Of a stretch of 64,000 nt of DNA, positions 59,184-64,000 are shown in pieces (within the stretch, counting starts at the first letter, position 1; each line of letters begins with the position of its first letter). The notes below the pieces were generated by a model that saw nothing but the letters and a program-made list of their open reading frames with translations, was not told the origin of the DNA and did not search any database. The stretch lies in NCBI GenBank assembly GCA_051651165.1, contig JBOFRT010000308.1:63702-127701 (forward strand). Direction: 5' to 3'. The stretch is from Cetobacterium sp. Lineage in GTDB: Bacteria > Fusobacteriota > Fusobacteriia > Fusobacteriales > Fusobacteriaceae. The position numbers and the translations under genes were made by a program.

Positions 59184-61151
59184 TTAGAAGTTGTATTTAA
59201 ATCCTGCATAGAAACTTCTTTCTGCTGCTGGATCAAAATATTTTCCATCTGATTTTATAGAGTTATAGTATTTCTCATTAAACAGGTTTCTTACTCCTGT
59301 GTATAGTTTTAATGTTTCTGTTGGATTATAGTTAAACGTCACATTTGTAACAACATTCTCGTTTTGCTTTCCTCCAGTATTTTCATCATTTATGTAGTAA
59401 GCTGATGTATAAACAGTCTCTGTTAAAACTGTAAACTTTGGTGTTACCTCATAAGATAATCCTAATGATAACTTATTCGTAGGTACATCGCTTATCTCTT
59501 TTCCTTCTAACTTAGAATTTGCTGATTCTAATATCTCTGTTTTTATAAGAGCATAACTTTCTCTAACAGTTAATTTTCCAAAGTATTGCTCTGCTGATAA
59601 CTCAGCTCCATATCTTTTAGTTTTTCCTATATTATAGTAATCGAAATAGAATGTCCCCGGAATAGCTACTCTTGCTATCTCATTATCTGTTTCTGTGTAA
59701 TATACTGCTCCATTTACATAACTTCCTAAGATATAGTCTTTTGCACCTAACTCATAAGTTAAATATGTTTCTGAATCTGCTTTACTTAATGAATAATCCT
59801 GTGTATTAGCCATCTCTGGTGGAAGAGGTGATCTAAATCCTCTTTCTATCTTTGCATACACATTTCCCGTATCTGAATACAGATAATTCACTGTCGCTTC
59901 TGCTGCATAATTTTCTTTTGTTATTTTTTCATCTAGATTTCTAGTGTTATCTTTTCTTTTTAAATCGTAATCAGCACGTTCGTATCTGAATCCTTGAGTG
60001 AATTCAATCTTTCCAAATCTATTTCTATTTAAAACAAACCCACTGTTTGTCATTTTAGTAAAATCACTTAGATTATAGTTTGTACTAGAACCTGTAACCC
60101 TATTCATCTCTTGAGATATAAAATCGTATCCAAATACAATCTCATTATTTTCTCCATATTTTAATTGAAGCTTCGGTTTGAATCCAACTTTTTTATCTTC
60201 TAATTCTATTCTTCCGCTTCCCTTAGTTCCTACAGTTTCAATATCCGATTCTTGATAGAACGATAATATATCCAACTTCAAATTATCATTTATTTTATTT
60301 TCATATTTCAAGTTAAATTCATCTTTAACCACATCAAGCATCGCTAAATCTTTTGAACTTGTAAGCCCTGACTGTGTTGGGTCTGATAACTGCTCTTTTG
60401 TCAATCTTTCTGGTGATGTTGCATTTTCATCATATCTTGAATATTTTAAAGTAATATTTTGATTTTCATCAATTTTATACTTTAAACTTCCTTCAAAGAA
60501 TTCTGAATCTGATTCATCTCCATCTCTGAAACCTTTGTAATCATTTTTTGTATAGTTAATTCCTACTCCGAAATCTCCTACAGTAGTTCCGAATGATACA
60601 TCACCTTTTTTAGTTCCAAAACTAGTAAATTCACTAGAGACAGATCCACCTTTATATCCTGCACCAGATTTAGTAATTATATTAATTACTCCTCCTCTAG
60701 TTCCACTTCCATAAAGTATCGCTCCTCCACCTGGAATCACTTCTATCTTTTCTATATTTTCAACTGGAACTGTATTTATAGGCATTCTTCCATGACTTGA
60801 ATCTAATGATCCTGTTGAAATTCCATCAATTAAAACTTGTACATTCTCTGCTGCCTTTGTTCCTTGCCCTCTCATATCTATAATCGGATCTTTTGGATCT
60901 CCAATTATATTTACACTCGGTACATCTCTTAAAGCATCTGATACTGATTGATAATTTTTCTCTTCAATATCTTTTGCTGTTATAACTGTAACTGTATTTG
61001 TTACATTTCTTTGTGATGTTTCAAACCCTGTTGTTGAAATAACACTTTCATTTAATTTAACTCCTTTATTAGCTTCCTCATAGAAAAAGTCATCATTAGA
61101 ATAACTCAAAGCTGTTACTAATAAACTTAACACTGCTATCTTCTTGTTCAT
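59184..61151 (-). CDS. TonB-dependent outer-membrane receptor (probably heme)
   Basis: Signal peptide, ESVIST TonB-box-like segment, IEKIEVIPGGGAILYG plug, NLFNEKY, C-terminal YNF. Confidence 0.9.
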   Translation of the reverse strand: MNKKIAVLSLLVTALSYSNDDFFYEEANKGVKLNESVISTTGFETSQRNVTNTVTVITAKDIEEKNYQSVSDALRDVPSVNIIGDPKDPIIDMRGQGTKAAENVQVLIDGISTGSLDSSHGRMPINTVPVENIEKIEVIPGGGAILYGSGTRGGVINIITKSGAGYKGGSVSSEFTSFGTKKGDVSFGTTVGDFGVGINYTKNDYKGFRDGDESDSEFFEGSLKYKIDENQNITLKYSRYDENATSPERLTKEQLSDPTQSGLTSSKDLAMLDVVKDEFNLKYENKINDNLKLDILSFYQESDIETVGTKGSGRIELEDKKVGFKPKLQLKYGENNEIVFGYDFISQEMNRVTGSSTNYNLSDFTKMTNSGFVLNRNRFGKIEFTQGFRYERADYDLKRKDNTRNLDEKITKENYAAEATVNYLYSDTGNVYAKIERGFRSPLPPEMANTQDYSLSKADSETYLTYELGAKDYILGSYVNGAVYYTETDNEIARVAIPGTFYFDYYNIGKTKRYGAELSAEQYFGKLTVRESYALIKTEILESANSKLEGKEISDVPTNKLSLGLSYEVTPKFTVLTETVYTSAYYINDENTGGKQNENVVTNVTFNYNPTETLKLYTGVRNLFNEKYYNSIKSDGKYFDPAAERSFYAGFKYNF

Positions 61152-61165
61152 AATTTAATCCCTCT

Positions 61166-62434
61166 CTAAACTTTACTTTTTGTTATCTCTAAAGTTTTTT
61201 CAACTACAGTAGTTAAAACCTCTCTAGATATATTATTACCCCAAAATAGACCGTCACTCGTTAAATTGTAATGTGTTTCATTTTCTGTTACAAACCCATC
61301 AGCCTTTAATTCAGACATTACCTCTTCAAATACTTTTTGCTCTGTAAAGTTTAAAATCTCATTAACTACATCTTTTTCAACTGTTGGGAACTGGAATAAT
61401 CCATTAAATCTATCTAATCTTTGTTGATACTCACTTTTCTCAACAAACATTCCCATCTCTTTTTTCATTCTAAATACAGATATATTATCAACATTTCCAC
61501 CAGCACCTACACCGATTGGGAACGTATCTCCTCCGAATGTTCTTGTTTTTATATATTTATAGTTATCTCTTCCTGCTTTAGCTATCTTAGTTAATTCTAA
61601 AACATAGTAATCGCTATCTGTTGTTAACTCTTTTACGAAAGCGTCATGTAACTCTCTCTCTCTTTTTAAATCATCTTGAAGTTTTACCTTCTCATCTTTT
61701 ATGTCGTGAGATAGTGTTGAACCTTCATGAACCATTAGCGAATAGAAACTAGAACTTCCTAAATCTAACTCTTTTATAACTCTTGCATCCTCTCTTGCAT
61801 CTTCTACTGTTTGAGTTGGATGATTATAGATAATATCTATACAAACTTCACCGTTAAACTTTGATTTTAAATCTAACAATCTCTCTTTCACTTCAGCTTT
61901 AGTATAAGTTCTATTGTAGAACTTTCTTCCTGCGTCTGAGAAACTTTGAATTCCTACAGATAACCTATTTACTCCATATTTGTTCATCAACTCTATTTTT
62001 TCTGGATTTAAGTTATGTAGTGTTGTTTCTAATGTAAACTCATATCCCTCTGCAAAGATTATATTTCTATTTACACTTTGAAGTATTCTTTCTAACTGAT
62101 CATTTTTATAAACAGTTGGTGTTCCTCCACCGAAGTATATTACATCGACACCTTTTTCTTTAAAGTATCTATATTGTCCATATTTATCAAATTCTCCAAC
62201 TAGATAATCAGCATAAGAATCTAAACTTCCACTAAGTTGCTCTCTATTTAAGTTGCAGAACGAACAGATTTTATCACAGTATGGTGTATGTACATATATT
62301 GCTCTTGGTACATCCTTTGGTTCCTCTGACAATTTGTTTAAGAAATCCTGTTCTGTAATTCTTCTTTGTGGATAATATTTCCCTATTAATCCTGATGAAT
62401 TATGGTGGCTTTTATGTCTTGTTTCAAAACGCAT
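61166..62434 (-). CDS. hutW: Anaerobic heme-degrading radical SAM enzyme (HmuW/HutW/ChuW type)
   Basis: HemN-like YVHTPYCDKICSFC, YFGGGTPT, GVGAGG, WGNNI; embedded in heme uptake operon. Confidence 0.82.
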   Translation of the reverse strand: MRFETRHKSHHNSSGLIGKYYPQRRITEQDFLNKLSEEPKDVPRAIYVHTPYCDKICSFCNLNREQLSGSLDSYADYLVGEFDKYGQYRYFKEKGVDVIYFGGGTPTVYKNDQLERILQSVNRNIIFAEGYEFTLETTLHNLNPEKIELMNKYGVNRLSVGIQSFSDAGRKFYNRTYTKAEVKERLLDLKSKFNGEVCIDIIYNHPTQTVEDAREDARVIKELDLGSSSFYSLMVHEGSTLSHDIKDEKVKLQDDLKRERELHDAFVKELTTDSDYYVLELTKIAKAGRDNYKYIKTRTFGGDTFPIGVGAGGNVDNISVFRMKKEMGMFVEKSEYQQRLDRFNGLFQFPTVEKDVVNEILNFTEQKVFEEVMSELKADGFVTENETHYNLTSDGLFWGNNISREVLTTVVEKTLEITKSKV

Positions 62435-62441
62435 TATTTAA

Positions 62442-62879
62442 TCACTTCCCTTTAGTCTCTATATCTATTGCTGCTGCTCCTGCTAATTTTATATCTGACA
62501 TTATATCTACAACATCACCATAATCAATCCCTCTATCAGCTAATATCGCAACTCTTTTATTTTCCATCGTTGAAATTGTTTCTTTAATCTTTTCTAATAA
62601 CTCCTCTTTTGTGATATCTATCATCGAGCTATCATTTCTTCTATCTATTTTTAATTTTAATTGACCATCAACCGTCACTAAAACCGATACCTTATCTGTT
62701 GCTTCTACTATTTCAGCAACTTCAGATTTTGGCAAATCAATCTTCATACCTTTCATATCATCAAATGTTGTTGCTACCATAAAAAATATTAGTAGTAAGA
62801 AAACCACATCAATTAAAGGTGTTAAATCAGGTGTTAATTGCTTTCTTTGATAGTTCAAAAATCCTTTTGATTTTAACAT
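62442..62879 (-). CDS. exbD: ExbD
   Basis: DLTPLIDVVFLLLIFFMV, ILAD....YG.VV. Confidence 0.93.
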   Translation of the reverse strand: MLKSKGFLNYQRKQLTPDLTPLIDVVFLLLIFFMVATTFDDMKGMKIDLPKSEVAEIVEATDKVSVLVTVDGQLKLKIDRRNDSSMIDITKEELLEKIKETISTMENKRVAILADRGIDYGDVVDIMSDIKLAGAAAIDIETKGK

Positions 62880-62889
62880 TACTACTCTC

Positions 62890-63513
62890 CTACATTTTTC
62901 TTAATATATTTATAAACTCCACTACATTTTTTTCCATATCAAGCATAGCTTTTTCAATCTTCTTTTGATAGAAGTTATAGAATATAAGTGCTGGAATAGC
63001 AACTATAAGACCTGATGCTGTTGTAATAAGTGCTTGAGATATTCCAAATGCTAAAACTGTTGGATCTCCAGCTCCATGCTTTGACATCGCTGTAAATGCA
63101 CCTATCATTCCTGTAACTGTTCCTAATAATCCAGCTAGAGGTGTAACGTTAGCTGCTAGTGCTAATATCCACATATGTCTTTCTAATTTTGGCATCTCTC
63201 TTAGTGCACACTCTCTTGCTTTCTCTTCTAAATAATCATAAGTACAACAATTCATTTTTCCACCGTTATACTCTATTAAAATTGTTTTCATAACTTTTGC
63301 TGATGTATTTTTAAAAGAATCACACGCTTTTATTGCTCTCTCTTTTTCATTATTTTTTATAAATTTTTCTAAATGATTTAATAGTAACTCTCCGTTGTCT
63401 TTTTCATTTTTAAAGAAATAGTAACCTCTTTCTAATATTACTGTTAATCCCGCTACTGAAAGAAAAATAATCACTCCCATAAGTGGTCCTCCAGCTTTAA
63501 TCATCTCTATCAT
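62890..63513 (-). CDS. exbB: ExbB (MotA/TolQ/ExbB proton channel)
   Basis: TPLAGLLGTVTGMI, GISQALITTASGLIVAIPA. Confidence 0.93.
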   Translation of the reverse strand: MIEMIKAGGPLMGVIIFLSVAGLTVILERGYYFFKNEKDNGELLLNHLEKFIKNNEKERAIKACDSFKNTSAKVMKTILIEYNGGKMNCCTYDYLEEKARECALREMPKLERHMWILALAANVTPLAGLLGTVTGMIGAFTAMSKHGAGDPTVLAFGISQALITTASGLIVAIPALIFYNFYQKKIEKAMLDMEKNVVEFINILRKM

Positions 63514-63538
63514 CTATTTCCCTCCTGAATTTTAATAT

Positions 63539-63583
63539 TTTGACATTCAAAGTTATTATATTAACTTTGTACCAAATAGTCAA
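63539..63583 (-). promoter_or_regulatory. exbB-hutW operon promoter with overlapping palindromes
   Basis: Minus-strand TTGACT (63578-63583), 17 bp, TATAAT (63555-63560); perfect TTTGA-CAT-TCAAA at 63539-63551; CAAAGTTA-N6-TAACTTTG at 63548-63569. Confidence 0.8.
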
Positions 63584-63618
63584 TATATTTTTTAAACAAA
63601 GTATTTTTTAATAAATAA

Positions 63619-63648
63619 TTTGATAATTAAAATATTTTTTGTTATAAT
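63619..63648 (+). promoter_or_regulatory. tonB promoter overlapped by iron-gene motif
   Basis: TTGATA (63620-63625), 17 bp, TATAAT (63643-63648) with TGn; TTTGA-TAA-TTAAA at 63619-63631. Confidence 0.7.
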
Positions 63649-63683
63649 TATTACGAAATTATTACTTGTATTTTGGAGGAATT

Positions 63684-64000
63684 ATGAAATTTGTTATTTT
63701 TTCTATAGCTTTACATATATTTATCTTTATTTTTGGTTTTTCTCTAGATACCAATAAAAAATATGAAATTGACAATGTCGGAAATGATTTTAGCACTCCT
63801 TCGATATCCGTAAATTTTAACTCTTTCCAACCGTCTGAGCCTGTTCAAAACGAAGCTCCTGTTGAAGAGGTCATCGAAGAAAAGGCTATTATCCCAGAGC
63901 CTATTCCTGAGCCAAAAGTTGAAGAGAAAAAACTTGAGGTAATCAAAAAGGAACCTGAAAAAAAAGTTGAAAAACCAAAAAAAACACCCGAGAAAAAACT
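63684..64000 (+). CDS. tonB: TonB energy transducer (5' part, runs off the window)
   Basis: GGAGG RBS; MKFVIFSIALHIFIFIFG TM with SxxxH, then Pro/Glu/Lys-rich linker PEPIPEPKVEEKK; divergent from exbBD. Confidence 0.85.
   Translation, partial: MKFVIFSIALHIFIFIFGFSLDTNKKYEIDNVGNDFSTPSISVNFNSFQPSEPVQNEAPVEEVIEEKAIIPEPIPEPKVEEKKLEVIKKEPEKKVEKPKKTPEKK

Noticed and set aside
61166-62434. HemN/HemW annotation
   Set aside because: Location inside a heme-import operon and HutW/HmuW-like termini favour a heme-degrading enzyme.
63514-63683. Classical Fur box or cobalamin riboswitch upstream of the TonB system
   Set aside because: No good GATAATGATAATCATTATC match, and the predicted leaders are too short and AT-rich for a B12 riboswitch.

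Overview
Very AT-rich bacterial chromosome segment. Gene content and sequence style (KdsC, TonB/ExbBD, HmuW-type radical SAM, JAB-DinG fusion, tyrosine phenol-lyase, GS type III) point to Fusobacteriota, probably Cetobacterium-like; this is an inference. About 62 CDS, mostly on the minus strand. They cover housekeeping genes (rpsT, rpsO, ftsH, tilS, mltG, ybeY, DEAD-box helicase, rlmF, two ttcA-like genes), amino-acid/peptide metabolism (dcuC-family + M20, tpl, glnA III, pepV-like, LytS/LytTR + cstA) and oxygen/light defence (nox, rubrerythrin, class II photolyase). There is also a GH105 + ToaA-like symporter pair, a feoA-feoA-feoB locus and a complete anaerobic heme-uptake locus. No rRNA, tRNA, CRISPR array, transposase or prophage was recognised. 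The best unexplained signals are: (1) a palindrome TTTGA-N3-TCAAA in five intergenic sites, all at iron-uptake genes (candidate non-canonical iron box); (2) a heme locus with HmuW/HutW + HutZ and an embedded ABC exporter but no flavodoxin/HutX/ChuY; (3) a FeoC-like winged-helix protein with a (GGCSS)x5 loop; (4) a JAB-DinG fusion heading the pgpH-ybeY-dgkA operon; (5) several other candidate operators and a candidate S15 leader RNA. All calls come from reading the sequence; no searches were run.
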